DNA of 25,922 nucleotides from Spirochaetia bacterium (GTDB taxonomy: Bacteria; Bacillota; Desulfotomaculia; Desulfotomaculales; JAJYZD01): positions 1-25,922 of the forward strand of contig DATKUX010000180.1 in the NCBI GenBank assembly GCA_035530395.1. The letters run 5' to 3'. Positions 1 to 8,963 of this stretch are shown in pieces. The position numbers were made by a program, and so were the translations under genes. A model generated the notes under the pieces. The model searched no databases, was not told the origin of the DNA, and saw only the letters and a list, made by a program, of their open reading frames with translations. How positions within the stretch are numbered: the first letter of the stretch is position 1; each line of letters starts with the position of its first letter.

Positions 1-762
1 CGAAGGCACCACTTGCGTTACGGTAACCTTTTCTCTCTGAATGGTTTCCAGGACCTCCCGTGGATCAAATTCCCGCATAATCACAATCGTACATCCCCGG
101 AAAAAATGGGACAGGGTAGAACTTTTCCCCCCGGAATGAAAAAGAGGCAGCACCGCCAGGTGAACCGAGTACTCACCGGACCGCATTTCCGCCAACTGAT
201 GGACAGCGCAATCAAGTTGTCCACCGTGGGTTAACATGATCCCTTTCGGTAACCCGGTTGTTCCGCTGGAATAGATGATGTATGCCACATCATCGGAGTC
301 AATCGCGACGTCCGGCTCATCCGGTACACCCTGGTTCAAGACATCCTCATAGAATTCATACCCTGGAACGCGGCTGTGCAGGCTGATATAAATCCCCACA
401 TCCGACAGGTCTTCGCGAATAGTATCGATCACCGGCGTATACTCCGGCGCGACAATCAGAGCCTTGGCTCCGGCATCAGCCAACATGAATTTGAGCTCCC
501 GGGCCACCAAACGCCAGTTGAGGGGCACCAGCACGATACCGCCTTTTTCAGCCAGGCCGTACGCTTCCATATATTCGTTGCAATTCTTGCTTAAAACAGC
601 CACCCCGTCGCCTTTGCCGATACCTCTAGCGGCCATGGCGCTAACCAACCGGTTAACCCGTAAATTCAAATCCCGGTAAGCAAGTTTTTGCCCATCAAAA
701 ATTAAGCCTTTATCGGGATAGAGTTTGGCATTACGGGTAAATATCTCGCCCAATGTCCACAT
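1..762 (-). CDS. AMP-dependent acyl-CoA synthetase/ligase (3' end cut by left window edge)
   Basis: Minus-strand reading frame from ATG at 762: MWTLGEIFTRNAKLYPDKGLIFDGQKLAYRDLNLRVNRLV... with the AMP-binding P-loop motif YIIYSSGTTGLPKGIMLTHGG; open to the window edge. Not in the ORF track because it has no stop inside the window. Confidence 0.9.
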   Translation of the reverse strand, partial: MWTLGEIFTRNAKLYPDKGLIFDGQKLAYRDLNLRVNRLVSAMAARGIGKGDGVAVLSKNCNEYMEAYGLAEKGGIVLVPLNWRLVARELKFMLADAGAKALIVAPEYTPVIDTIREDLSDVGIYISLHSRVPGYEFYEDVLNQGVPDEPDVAIDSDDVAYIIYSSGTTGLPKGIMLTHGGQLDCAVHQLAEMRSGEYSVHLAVLPLFHSGGKSSTLSHFFRGCTIVIMREFDPREVLETIQREKVTVTQVVPS

Positions 763-826
763 TCCGGCTCCCCTCCCTCTTCCAGCGAGTACTGATAAAT
801 CCAAACAACCCGGCCCTTATGCTCTT

Positions 827-1825
827 CTATTCAACCCCGTTGACTACCGCCAACGGACGCTCTCCCCTAATAACCCGGATACAATTGTGCAAAGCGGCGT
901 CCAGCATGCGGTTTAAAGCCTGAACCGTAACCCCGCCCAAATGAGGGGTAAGGAAAAGCCGGTCCTTGACCTCCTCGGGCAAGGTCAAAAGAGGGTGATC
1001 AGCCGGTAAGGGCTCAATTTCAAAGGTATCAAGTCCCGCCCCGCCCAAATGTCCGGCGGCCAGCGCCGCCGCCACGGCCGTATCGTCGACGATCCCACCC
1101 CGGGCCGCATTGATTAAAATAGCTCCCGGTTTCATCATTTGTATTTCCCGCGCCCCGATCAGCCGCCGGGTTTCCCCGGTCAACGGCACACAGATGATAA
1201 TAACGTCGCTGGTAATCAACAGTTCCTCAAAACTTCGGTAATTAACTCCTAGCTGCTTTTCTTCCGCTTCCGGTTTGCGCAGCGGCTTATAGTAATTTAT
1301 CTCCGCCCCCAGAGCTTGGCCGGCTTCAGCCAATTTGGACCCGATCCGTCCCAAACCGATGATTCCCCATCGGCTGCCGTTTACTTCCGACATCCCGCTT
1401 TGAAACAGCCTTTCCCGGCCCGGTTGGTAATTACCGCGTTTAATTTCCCGGTCGGCATAGATGAACCGCCGTTGCAGGACTATGATGGCGGCCAAAACAA
1501 GTTCCGCCACCGCCAGCGTATTTATGCCAGGTGTATTCGCAACCGGAATTCCGGCCCTTGCCGCCGCTTCGATGTTAATCTTGTCGTAGCCGGCACCCGC
1601 GGTTTGGATTAATTTCAAATTGGGCAAGGCGTTTATAACTTCCGCGGAAATGACCGGGTAAGGCGCCGGGCATAACAAACATGTCGCATCCTTGGCGGCG
1701 GCAATAATATGATTGGGTTCGTAGTCCGTGGAAAAATCCAGATCATCCTTGAAAGCTTCCAAAGTCGCCAGAGTGCCGGGGTCCTTAAAGTAAATTTTCG
1801 GCATCAAACTCAGTATTTTTGCCAT
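827..1825 (-). CDS. D-isomer-specific 2-hydroxyacid dehydrogenase (phosphoglycerate dehydrogenase-like)
   Basis: 332 aa; Rossmann motif WGIIGLGRIGSKLAEAGQALGAEI, GAILINAARGGIVDD, and LTPHLGGVTVQ typical of the family. Confidence 0.9.
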   Translation of the reverse strand: MAKILSLMPKIYFKDPGTLATLEAFKDDLDFSTDYEPNHIIAAAKDATCLLCPAPYPVISAEVINALPNLKLIQTAGAGYDKINIEAAARAGIPVANTPGINTLAVAELVLAAIIVLQRRFIYADREIKRGNYQPGRERLFQSGMSEVNGSRWGIIGLGRIGSKLAEAGQALGAEINYYKPLRKPEAEEKQLGVNYRSFEELLITSDVIIICVPLTGETRRLIGAREIQMMKPGAILINAARGGIVDDTAVAAALAAGHLGGAGLDTFEIEPLPADHPLLTLPEEVKDRLFLTPHLGGVTVQALNRMLDAALHNCIRVIRGERPLAVVNGVE

Positions 1826-1885
1826 TTCCGAATTCCTCCATGCGCATTTTTTCCGATGGGTAACCGCCGCTAAGACTCCCTCTTT

Positions 1886-2482
1886 TTAAGCAGGAAAAGC
1901 TTCCTTTAGTTCCCGGCCGGCCGCAAAAGCCTGTTTATTCAATTCCGTAAATTTCGCCGGAACCAGATCCACGATTACCTCCAGCCAGGTTTCCACGGCA
2001 ACCTCCAGGTCCCTGGAGAGCCTCCCAAGCACCACCACACCCGCTAAGGCCTGGTTGCCAAGTTCCATAGCCTTGCCGGTGGCGTTAACCCATTCAAAAA
2101 ATCCGGCCCGCCCGGTCAAAAGTTGTTCAATATTTTTCGCTTCCGGATATCTTGCCTGCCCGATATTTACGGAGGGTGGATAAATTTTGTGGGTGTTAAT
2201 ATAAACTTTAGACCGGGGATTGAGATAGGTGGCCCAACGCGCGCCTTCCAGCATTTCAAACCCGAGCAGGTAATCAACCCGGCCCTGTTCCACCACCGGC
2301 GAATAGACTTTCCGGCCCCAGCGCACATGGCTTTCCACCGCGCCGCCACGCTGGGACATCCCGTGAACCTCCGATTTTTTGACATCGTACCCCGCTTTTA
2401 AACCAACCTCGACCAGAATATCACTGGCCAGGATCGTACCTTGGCCACCCACTCCGGCGAGGATAAAATCATATTTTGGCAT
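1886..2482 (-). CDS. iorB: Indolepyruvate:ferredoxin oxidoreductase-like beta subunit
   Basis: 198 aa; MPKYDFILAGVGGQGTILASDILVEVGLKAGYDVKKSEVHGMSQRGGAVESHVRWG is characteristic of the IorB/gamma-domain 2-oxoacid oxidoreductase family; adjacent to iorA. Confidence 0.87.
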   Translation of the reverse strand: MPKYDFILAGVGGQGTILASDILVEVGLKAGYDVKKSEVHGMSQRGGAVESHVRWGRKVYSPVVEQGRVDYLLGFEMLEGARWATYLNPRSKVYINTHKIYPPSVNIGQARYPEAKNIEQLLTGRAGFFEWVNATGKAMELGNQALAGVVVLGRLSRDLEVAVETWLEVIVDLVPAKFTELNKQAFAAGRELKEAFPA

Positions 2483-2496
2483 TTAATCCCACCTCC

Positions 2497-3822
2497 TTAT
2501 TGCTTCTCCGCAGTTACCTGAATCGCCTTGAATGCGCAAACTTTGGCGCAGAAACCGCACCCGTTGCACAATAAAGTATCGATGGCAACACCCTCTTCAG
2601 TTTTGGTCAGCGCCGGGCAGCCTGTTTTCAGGCAGTTTCCGCAATTGGTACAGGCTTCGGGATCAACTTCCGGAGTAGGATGTTTTTCCTTTACATTAAG
2701 CACACAAGGGTAACGGGCGATGATTACCGACGGCTCCGCGGACGCCATAAATTCCTTGAGGGTCTGGAGCATCTGGTTAAGTTCATAGGGATTGACAACG
2801 GCAACTTTCTTAGCGCCCAGGCTCCGCACCAATTGCTCGATGTCGATCCGCTCCGTCGCCTCCCCTAACAGCGTCTTGCCGGAGCCAGGATTATCCTGGT
2901 GCCCGGTCATCGCCGTAATCCGGTTATCGGCAATGATGACTGTACTGACGCCCTTGTTGTAAAGGACATTGATTAGCGGGTGAATACCGCTGTGGAAGAA
3001 GGTAGAATCGCCGATCACCGCCACGGTCCGGTCTTTGACTCCAACTTTGTCGACTCCGTGTACCACGCCGATACTGGCACCCATACATCCGCTGGTATGC
3101 ATGGCACCCAACGGGGACGATCCACCCAAGGCATAACAGCCTATATCACCGTGTACCACCGCATTTAAGCGTTTCAAAGCATAGAAAACACCCCGGTGGC
3201 CACACCCGGGGCAAAGCATCGGCGGCCGGACCGGCAATTCCAGGCTAACCGGCTCCACTGGTGCCGGGGCATCCACCAACCCTGCTTTGGCAGCCATTTC
3301 CCGGATTAAATACGGGCTGAACTCACCCTCGGCCGGAAAAACTTCCTTACCTATAACTTCAATACCCAGCGTCCTGAAGTACTCTTCGAAAAAAGGGTCC
3401 AGTTCTTCGATGATCACTACTTCCTTGACCTGTTTGGCAAAATCAAGGATTAACCGCTTTGGAAGGGGATAAATCATGCCCAGCCTCAAGAAAGTGGCAC
3501 TGGGGAATACCTCCCGGGCGTACTGGTAAACCACGCCACTGGTGACGATGCCGATTTCACCATCTCCTGGCTCAATAACGTTGCAAGGGAAAGTTTCGGC
3601 ATATTCGGCTAGTTTACGTATTCTTTCTTCCACAACCGGATGACGTCGACGGGCATTGACCGGCACCATCACGTATTTGACCGGATTACGTTCAAATTCT
3701 AATTTTTCTGCGCTGGGTACTACCCGTAAGTCATCATCCATCGCCACGACTGTCCGGGAGTGGGACAATCGGGTGGTGGTACGGATTATAACAGGAGTAT
3801 CAAACTGTTCGCTAATCTCCAT
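2497..3822 (-). CDS. iorA: Indolepyruvate:ferredoxin oxidoreductase-like alpha subunit, C-terminal part (separated from the N-terminal part by an apparent frameshift)
   Basis: TPP-binding region (CPGCGHRGVFYALKRL...GDIGCYALGG...DSTFFHSG) and two [4Fe-4S] motifs at the C terminus (CTNCGNCLKTGCP, CNGCGFCAKVC). Starts mid-protein relative to the family. Confidence 0.87.
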   Translation of the reverse strand: MEISEQFDTPVIIRTTTRLSHSRTVVAMDDDLRVVPSAEKLEFERNPVKYVMVPVNARRRHPVVEERIRKLAEYAETFPCNVIEPGDGEIGIVTSGVVYQYAREVFPSATFLRLGMIYPLPKRLILDFAKQVKEVVIIEELDPFFEEYFRTLGIEVIGKEVFPAEGEFSPYLIREMAAKAGLVDAPAPVEPVSLELPVRPPMLCPGCGHRGVFYALKRLNAVVHGDIGCYALGGSSPLGAMHTSGCMGASIGVVHGVDKVGVKDRTVAVIGDSTFFHSGIHPLINVLYNKGVSTVIIADNRITAMTGHQDNPGSGKTLLGEATERIDIEQLVRSLGAKKVAVVNPYELNQMLQTLKEFMASAEPSVIIARYPCVLNVKEKHPTPEVDPEACTNCGNCLKTGCPALTKTEEGVAIDTLLCNGCGFCAKVCAFKAIQVTAEKQ

Positions 3823-4250
3823 CGCCAGCGGAACGAATCTTTTGGCTTCTCGCTATCCGCCGGCTCCAGCATGGGGATTTTAGCGAACTTCGCGTAATTG
3901 CGATTATCCTGTTCATTTTGGGAGCTGTGCATGCCTGGGTCATCGGCGTTTACCACCACCAAACCGGCTTTTTGGCCGGTGTATGAGGCATAAAAGAGGG
4001 AATCGGCCGCCACATTTAGACCTACGTGTTTCATGGCGCACAATGCCCGCCCACCGGCATAAGCAGCTCCCACGGCCACATCAAAGGCCACTTTTTCATT
4101 GGGAGACCATTCGGCGTAAATTGTGTCGTATTTCGCACAATTGAGAACAACTTCGGTACTAGGGGTACCCGGATAAGCTGCCGCCACTTTAACTCCCGCC
4201 AGGTACGCCCCGTAGGCCAAGGCCTCATTTCCGGTCAGCAACTTCTTCAT
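3786..4250 (-). CDS. iorA: Indolepyruvate:ferredoxin oxidoreductase-like alpha subunit, N-terminal part
   Basis: MKKLLTGNEALAYGAYLAGVKVAAAYPGTPSTEVVLNCAKY...EWSPNEKVAFDVAVGAAYAGGRALCAMKHVGLNVAADSL is the IorA N-terminus; strong RBS GGGAGG upstream of ATG 4250; family similarity stops at ADS| near 3850 and resumes in another frame. Confidence 0.85.
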   Translation of the reverse strand: MKKLLTGNEALAYGAYLAGVKVAAAYPGTPSTEVVLNCAKYDTIYAEWSPNEKVAFDVAVGAAYAGGRALCAMKHVGLNVAADSLFYASYTGQKAGLVVVNADDPGMHSSQNEQDNRNYAKFAKIPMLEPADSEKPKDSFRWRWRLANSLILLL

Positions 4251-4386
4251 CCCATAACCCTCCCATATCAGTCAACCCCAAACTTCCAAAGAGAACTCTC
4301 TTGGTCTGGCATGCCCTTCTGGCAAATTGTGTATTTTTGCTAAGAATTTTCTCCTCGCCTTCCGCTGTTAGACAGAATTAGTAAAC

Positions 4387-4401
4387 GCAAATAGCGTGCC
4401 A
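4387..4401 (-). promoter_or_regulatory. Sigma-54 (RpoN) -24/-12 promoter for the iorA-iorB-dehydrogenase-ligase set
   Basis: Plus strand GCAAatagcGTGCCA = minus strand TGGCACgctatTTGC; correct GG/GC spacing and essentially consensus -24 and -12 elements; lies in the non-coding gap between a sigma-54 activator gene and iorA. Confidence 0.87.
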
Positions 4402-4453
4402 ACCTGCGACACGCTGCTATTTCTCAATTATCCAAATTATCTGATAACTAAAG

Positions 4454-4467
4454 TGTCAGTTTTGACA
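4454..4467. promoter_or_regulatory. Candidate activator binding site (inverted repeat TGTCA-gttt-TGACA)
   Basis: Perfect 5-bp arms, 4-nt spacer, about 85 bp upstream of the predicted sigma-54 start site. Confidence 0.4.
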
Positions 4468-4484
4468 TGCTAAGGTTGGGGCTC

Positions 4485-4523
4485 GACCTGTGAAGAGCTT
4501 TAATAAAGGTTTTTTACCAGGTC
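4485..4523. promoter_or_regulatory. Second candidate upstream inverted repeat (GACCTG-N27-CAGGTC)
   Basis: Arms 4485..4490 and 4518..4523, in the gap between the regulator stop and the sigma-54 promoter. Confidence 0.22.
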
Positions 4524-4533
4524 ACTTTTTAAT

Positions 4534-5979
4534 TCATTTTTGACTCTTCAGACTTCTCATCCTTCTTGACAGGCTGGAAAGGCTGATCCCCAATTTACCG
4601 GCAGCTTCTTCCCGGCTCTTACAAAGTTTTACAGTGTTTTTAACGAGTTGCAATTCAAACTTTTCGACGGCATCGCGGAGAGACTCAAAACCGAATTCGT
4701 GTTGCGCTGGATTCCTGGCCCTAACCAGGTATTTCTCTTGCAGATGGTCAGGCGTGATAATTAATTCCTGGCTGGTTACGACCAGTCTTTCCACTAGATT
4801 GGCAAGTTCCCGCACATTACCCGGCCAGTCATACCTGTATAATACTTCAATCGCCTCTTGGCTGAACTTAACCTCCCTGTGGTATTTTTTTTGAAATAGT
4901 TCCGTGTAATGAACGATCAGAAATGGTATATCTTCTTTACGCTCCCGTAGCGCTGGAATTACGATCGGGACTACATTCAGCCGGTAGAAAAGGTCTTCGC
5001 GGAAATCTCCGATCTTGACCATACCCTCCAAGTCACGATTGGTGGCCGCAATGATACGGACATTTATGGCTTTTTCTTTTACCCCTCCCAACCGCGTTAT
5101 TTTTTGGTCCTGAATAACCGCTAACAGTTTAACCTGCAGCTTTTTGGGCAGCTCTCCTATTTCGTCCAAGAATATGGTTCCTTTATCCGCCAACTCAAAG
5201 TAACCGGCTTTCCCCTCCTTGTTGGCCCCAGTAAAGGCACCACCTTCATAACCGAAAAGTTCCGATTCCAGTAAATCGGCCGGGATGGCACCGCAATTAA
5301 TTTTTATAAACGAGCCTAAATCCTTACGCGGACTGGCCTCATGAATGATCCGAACTACCATGTCCTTGCCAACTCCGGATTCACCGAGTATTAGAACTGT
5401 ACTATCCACAATAGCAATGCGATAAGCCATTTCCAGCACTTGCTTGATTTGTTTGCTATGGGCAACAACCTCCACCGACTTTGGCTTCTTCAGTTCTAAC
5501 AGTTCCAAAAAGTATTTCGAAGCCAGTGTCTGGGTTTGCTGATATTTTTGCCTTAGACGGTTTAATTCAGTTACATCTCGTAAGTTGCAACATACTCGCT
5601 GAATTTTACCATTACTATCATAGACCGGAACACCGGTACTCAAAACCTGCCTTCCCGTGCTGGTGTTGATAATCACAGTTTCTTCCTTGCCCGTCTCAAA
5701 TACTCTTAAGGCCGCGCTATCGTCAGTACTCCCTTCATTGAGCATATCATGAATTTTGCGGCCAAGGGTTTCCGCCTTCTTGAGGCCCATGACCCGCTCA
5801 AAGGCGGGATTGGCCAAAATAATTCTGCCCTCGGAATCTGCGATGGTCATGGCATCATATGATTTTTCAATCATCAGCAAATAGTCCCGGTTTATTTCCG
5901 CCAATTCACTCACTCTGTCGCGCAAATACTGAAATTCTTCCGCTATTTTGTCGGCATTTTGACTGCTAGCCATCGCCAC
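4534..5979 (-). CDS. Sigma-54-dependent transcriptional activator with PAS sensor domain and Fis-type HTH
   Basis: 481 aa; PAS region (YDAMTIADSEGRIILANPAFERVMG), AAA+ Walker A GESGVGKD, GAFTGA, RLNVVPIVIPALRERKEDIPFL, Fis HTH (REEAAGKLGISLSSLSRRMRSL). Confidence 0.93.
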   Translation of the reverse strand: MAMASSQNADKIAEEFQYLRDRVSELAEINRDYLLMIEKSYDAMTIADSEGRIILANPAFERVMGLKKAETLGRKIHDMLNEGSTDDSAALRVFETGKEETVIINTSTGRQVLSTGVPVYDSNGKIQRVCCNLRDVTELNRLRQKYQQTQTLASKYFLELLELKKPKSVEVVAHSKQIKQVLEMAYRIAIVDSTVLILGESGVGKDMVVRIIHEASPRKDLGSFIKINCGAIPADLLESELFGYEGGAFTGANKEGKAGYFELADKGTIFLDEIGELPKKLQVKLLAVIQDQKITRLGGVKEKAINVRIIAATNRDLEGMVKIGDFREDLFYRLNVVPIVIPALRERKEDIPFLIVHYTELFQKKYHREVKFSQEAIEVLYRYDWPGNVRELANLVERLVVTSQELIITPDHLQEKYLVRARNPAQHEFGFESLRDAVEKFELQLVKNTVKLCKSREEAAGKLGISLSSLSRRMRSLKSQK

Positions 5980-6074
5980 ACCTTCCTTCTAGGGCCATAC
6001 TCTATTCTGGTACACCAATTCGATTTTCATCGATGAACCGAGTAGGAGGGAGTAATCAACTCCCGTCTCCCGGC

Positions 6075-6101
6075 GGCTGAGCCACCTTCGGTGGCTCAGC
6101 C
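6075..6101 (-). terminator. Strong hairpin overlapping the stop codon of the second sigma-54 activator (terminator-like but lacking a T-tract)
   Basis: Perfect 12-bp arms GGCTGAGCCACC / GGTGGCTCAGCC around TTC; followed in the transcription direction by further sequence without a T run. Confidence 0.45.
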
Positions 6102-7820
6102 CATAATGGCATACTGCTTCATCTTTTTGTAGAGCCATGCCCGGGATATGCCCAGGACGCCGGCCGCCTTGACCTTATTGCCGCCGCAGGCGGCCAGGGC
6201 TTCCACCAGCGCCTCCCGCTCAACCTGCTCCAGGAGCCGGGGCAGGGTCGACCCGCCGGCCTGCCGCTTATTCCCGTACTGCCTGAGGTACAGCGGCAGG
6301 TCCTCCACCTCGATCACCTGGCCGTCCAAAAGGTTGAAGGCCCGTTCGATGACGTTCTCCATTTCGCGGATGTTGCCGGGCCAGTGGTAGTTCTTAAGCA
6401 GGGACCATACTTCGGGGGCGAGGTCCAGGACCTGGACGCCGAATTCCCGGTTGAAGCGGGCGATGAAGTGCCGGGCCAGCGGGTGTACGTCCTCGATGCG
6501 CTCCCGCAGGGGCGGAATAAAGATGGTCACCACGTTGAGGCGGTAGTAGAGATCCTCGCGGAAGCGTCCCTCCCGCAGGAGGGCCTCCAGGTCCTGGTTG
6601 GTTGCGGCCAGCACCCGCACGTCCACCCGGCGTGACCGTCCCTCGCCCAGGCGCTCGATCTCCCTCTCCTGCAATACCCGCAGCAGCTTGGCCTGCATCA
6701 CGAGGGGCATGTCCCCGACCTCGTCCAGAAAAATGGTCCCGCCGTCGGCCAGTTCGAACTTGCCGGCCTGGCCCCCCTTGCGGGCCCCGGTAAAGGCCCC
6801 CTGATTATAGCCGAACAGCTCTGATTCCAGAAGGTTTTCCGGCACAGCCGCGCAGTTGACCCGGACGAAGGGACCATGGCGGCGGGGCGACGCGGCGTGA
6901 ATGGCGTGGGCCACGAGTTCCTTGCCGGTGCCGCTCTCACCATGGATAAGAACCGTCGAGGGTCCTCTGGCCACGCGCCGGGCGGTATCTTTCAACTCCT
7001 GCATGGCCGGGCTCTGGCCGATAATGCTGTCGATGGTATAACGAGCCCCCTGGGCCAGTTCCAGTTCCTTGCGGTAGTAACCGACTTCCCGGGACAGGGA
7101 CTTGACCCGGTCGGCCAGCCGCAGGAGGTCGCCGACATCCTTGAACATCACCCGGCTGACCGCTCCCACGATGCGCCCGTCTCTCTCGATCGGATAGCGC
7201 ATCACCACCGCCTCCCGGCCCTTGAAGCGGACCACCTCGCCCGGAAAGAACCGGCCCGAGAGCGGCACGAGGTAAAGTTCGCCGTCCTCGATGACCTCGC
7301 GGACATGGCGGCCGATCGTCCCCTCCAGGCTCACCCCGGCCAGTTCGGCAAAGGTCCGGTTCATGTGCGTAACCCGGCCCCCGGTGTCGATGACCAGATA
7401 GCCATCCGGCCCGGCGTCCAGGATGGTTTCCATGGTAACCTTGAGCTGCTTGACCGATTCCAGCTCCTGGGCTACGTGCGCCAATTCGGTGATCTCCTGG
7501 GCCACGCCGACAGCCCCCGCTATGCGGCCGTTGGCCAAAATGGGAGTGCGGTTGACCACGAACAGCGCGTTACCCGAGGCAAATTTTCGACCGATGTGGC
7601 TTTGTCCGGTCTTTAAAACCTTCATAAGACCGCTGTACGGCATGACCTCATCCACCGGCCGGCCCATGGCTTCCCGGGCCGGCACCCCGAAGAGACGCTC
7701 GCACGCCTCGTTGTAAACGACGATGCGGCCCTGACAGTCAACCGCCACCACCACGTTGTGGATGGCGTTCAGGATGTCCTTGTCACCGGTGTGATTTTTG
7801 GCGGCCGCGTTTTTCGTCAT
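6096..7820 (-). CDS. Sigma-54-dependent transcriptional activator with two PAS-like domains and HTH
   Basis: ORF track start is 7853; start MTKN at 7820 preceded by GAAGGGG is preferred. [26 protein letters not shown]-terminal HTH ([25 protein letters not shown]). Confidence 0.92.
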   Translation of the reverse strand: MTKNAAAKNHTGDKDILNAIHNVVVAVDCQGRIVVYNEACERLFGVPAREAMGRPVDEVMPYSGLMKVLKTGQSHIGRKFASGNALFVVNRTPILANGRIAGAVGVAQEITELAHVAQELESVKQLKVTMETILDAGPDGYLVIDTGGRVTHMNRTFAELAGVSLEGTIGRHVREVIEDGELYLVPLSGRFFPGEVVRFKGREAVVMRYPIERDGRIVGAVSRVMFKDVGDLLRLADRVKSLSREVGYYRKELELAQGARYTIDSIIGQSPAMQELKDTARRVARGPSTVLIHGESGTGKELVAHAIHAASPRRHGPFVRVNCAAVPENLLESELFGYNQGAFTGARKGGQAGKFELADGGTIFLDEVGDMPLVMQAKLLRVLQEREIERLGEGRSRRVDVRVLAATNQDLEALLREGRFREDLYYRLNVVTIFIPPLRERIEDVHPLARHFIARFNREFGVQVLDLAPEVWSLLKNYHWPGNIREMENVIERAFNLLDGQVIEVEDLPLYLRQYGNKRQAGGSTLPRLLEQVEREALVEALAACGGNKVKAAGVLGISRAWLYKKMKQYAIMG

Positions 7821-7845
7821 CGAAACCCCTTCGTGCTCATTTTCG

Positions 7846-8307
7846 TTACGCAAATCCGGGAAAGTCCTGCTGGCGCAGGGCCTCGTACAGCACCACCGCC
7901 ACCGAATTGGCCAGGTTCAGGGAACGTACATCACCGGCCATGGGGATGCGCAGGCACTCATTCGGATGATCGGCCAACACCTGGGGCGGCAATCCGGCCG
8001 TTTCCCGGCCGAAAACCAGGAAATCGCCCGGCCGGTACACCACCCCGTGGTAGGGCCGGTCGCCCCGGGTGGTGATAAAGAAAAAACGGCTCCCGGTGAA
8101 GGCCCCAAAGACCTCTTCCAGGCTGTCATGATAACTTAGCTTAACCAGCGGCCAGTAGTCCAGTCCGGCCCTCTTCAGGTAGCGGTCGGACGTGGAAAAA
8201 CCGAGAGGCCTGACCAGGTGCAGAAAGGCCCCGGTCACCGCGCAGGTGCGGGCGATGTTGCCCGTGTTGGCCGGGATCTCCGGCTGATACAAGACCACGT
8301 GCATCAT
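7846..8307 (-). CDS. trmL: tRNA (cytidine(34)-2'-O)-methyltransferase, TrmL-like SPOUT methylase
   Basis: (M)MHVVLYQPEIPANTGNIARTCAVTGAFLHLVRPLGFS...VFGRETAGLPPQVL...RIPMAGDVRSLNLANSVAVVLYEALRQ. The ORF track extends upstream, but homology begins at 8307/8304 in an ATGATG overlap with the upstream gene stop. Confidence 0.9.
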   Translation of the reverse strand: MMHVVLYQPEIPANTGNIARTCAVTGAFLHLVRPLGFSTSDRYLKRAGLDYWPLVKLSYHDSLEEVFGAFTGSRFFFITTRGDRPYHGVVYRPGDFLVFGRETAGLPPQVLADHPNECLRIPMAGDVRSLNLANSVAVVLYEALRQQDFPGFA

Positions 8308-8963
8308 CCGCCGGCCCCCTCCCGGTTCTCCGCCGGATAGACACACAGGGAAACGAGCGGACAACTGCCGCAGCGCGGCGAGCGGGCCGGGCACACCGTC
8401 CGCCCGTGGGCAATCAGGCGGTGATGGACGGCCAGACGGCTTTCCGGCGGCACGAGCAGGCAGAGTTCCTCCTCAACCCTGACCGGGTCGGCAGCATGGG
8501 CCAGGCCCAGCCGGTGCGTCACCCGGAAAACGTGGGTATCTACGGGCAGGGTGGGTTGGCCGAACAAAACGCCCAAAACCACGCTGGCCGTCTTGTGTCC
8601 CACCCCCGGCAGTTGTTCCAGGGCGGCCCGCTCACCCGGTACATCGCCCCCGTGTTCGCGATCCAGGGCCGCGCTCAGGTCAATCAGGTGGCGAGCCTTG
8701 GCCCGGAAAAGGCCCACGTGGGCTATCAGTTTCTCCAGATCGGCCCCCCCGGCCAGGGCCATGGTCTGCGCCGTGGGATAGCGCCGAAAAAGGGCAGGCG
8801 TGACCTTGTTCACCTGAACGTCGGTGGTGCGGGCGGAGAGCACGACTGCCACCAGCAACTGGAAGGCATCCTGGTAGACCAGGGCCGTTTCGGCCCGGGG
8901 ATAGGTACGTGCCAACACCGCCAGGATCCGGGCCGCCTGCTCCCGCGCTTTGTCAGAGACCAA
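8304..8963 (-). CDS. nth: Endonuclease III (DNA glycosylase/AP lyase)
   Basis: HhH motif LEQLPGVGHKTASVVLGV, catalytic VDTHVFRVTHRLGL, C-terminal FeS cysteines CPARSPRCGSCPLVSLC. Confidence 0.92.
   Translation of the reverse strand: MVSDKAREQAARILAVLARTYPRAETALVYQDAFQLLVAVVLSARTTDVQVNKVTPALFRRYPTAQTMALAGGADLEKLIAHVGLFRAKARHLIDLSAALDREHGGDVPGERAALEQLPGVGHKTASVVLGVLFGQPTLPVDTHVFRVTHRLGLAHAADPVRVEEELCLLVPPESRLAVHHRLIAHGRTVCPARSPRCGSCPLVSLCVYPAENREGAGG

Noticed and set aside
376-1612. Plus-strand ORFs in the track (376..594, 464..679, 725..916, 1316..1612)
   Set aside because: They lie opposite or across well-supported minus-strand ligase and dehydrogenase genes and have low-information, non-family-like sequence.
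3839-3845. Programmed -1 frameshifting at CCAAAAG in iorA
   Set aside because: Only the A-site codon could re-pair after slippage, no stimulatory structure was identified, and IorA proteins are not known to need frameshifting. An indel is the simpler explanation.
6876-7616. 246-aa plus-strand ORF opposite the second sigma-54 activator
   Set aside because: Antisense shadow; the minus strand encodes conserved PAS and AAA+ sequence.
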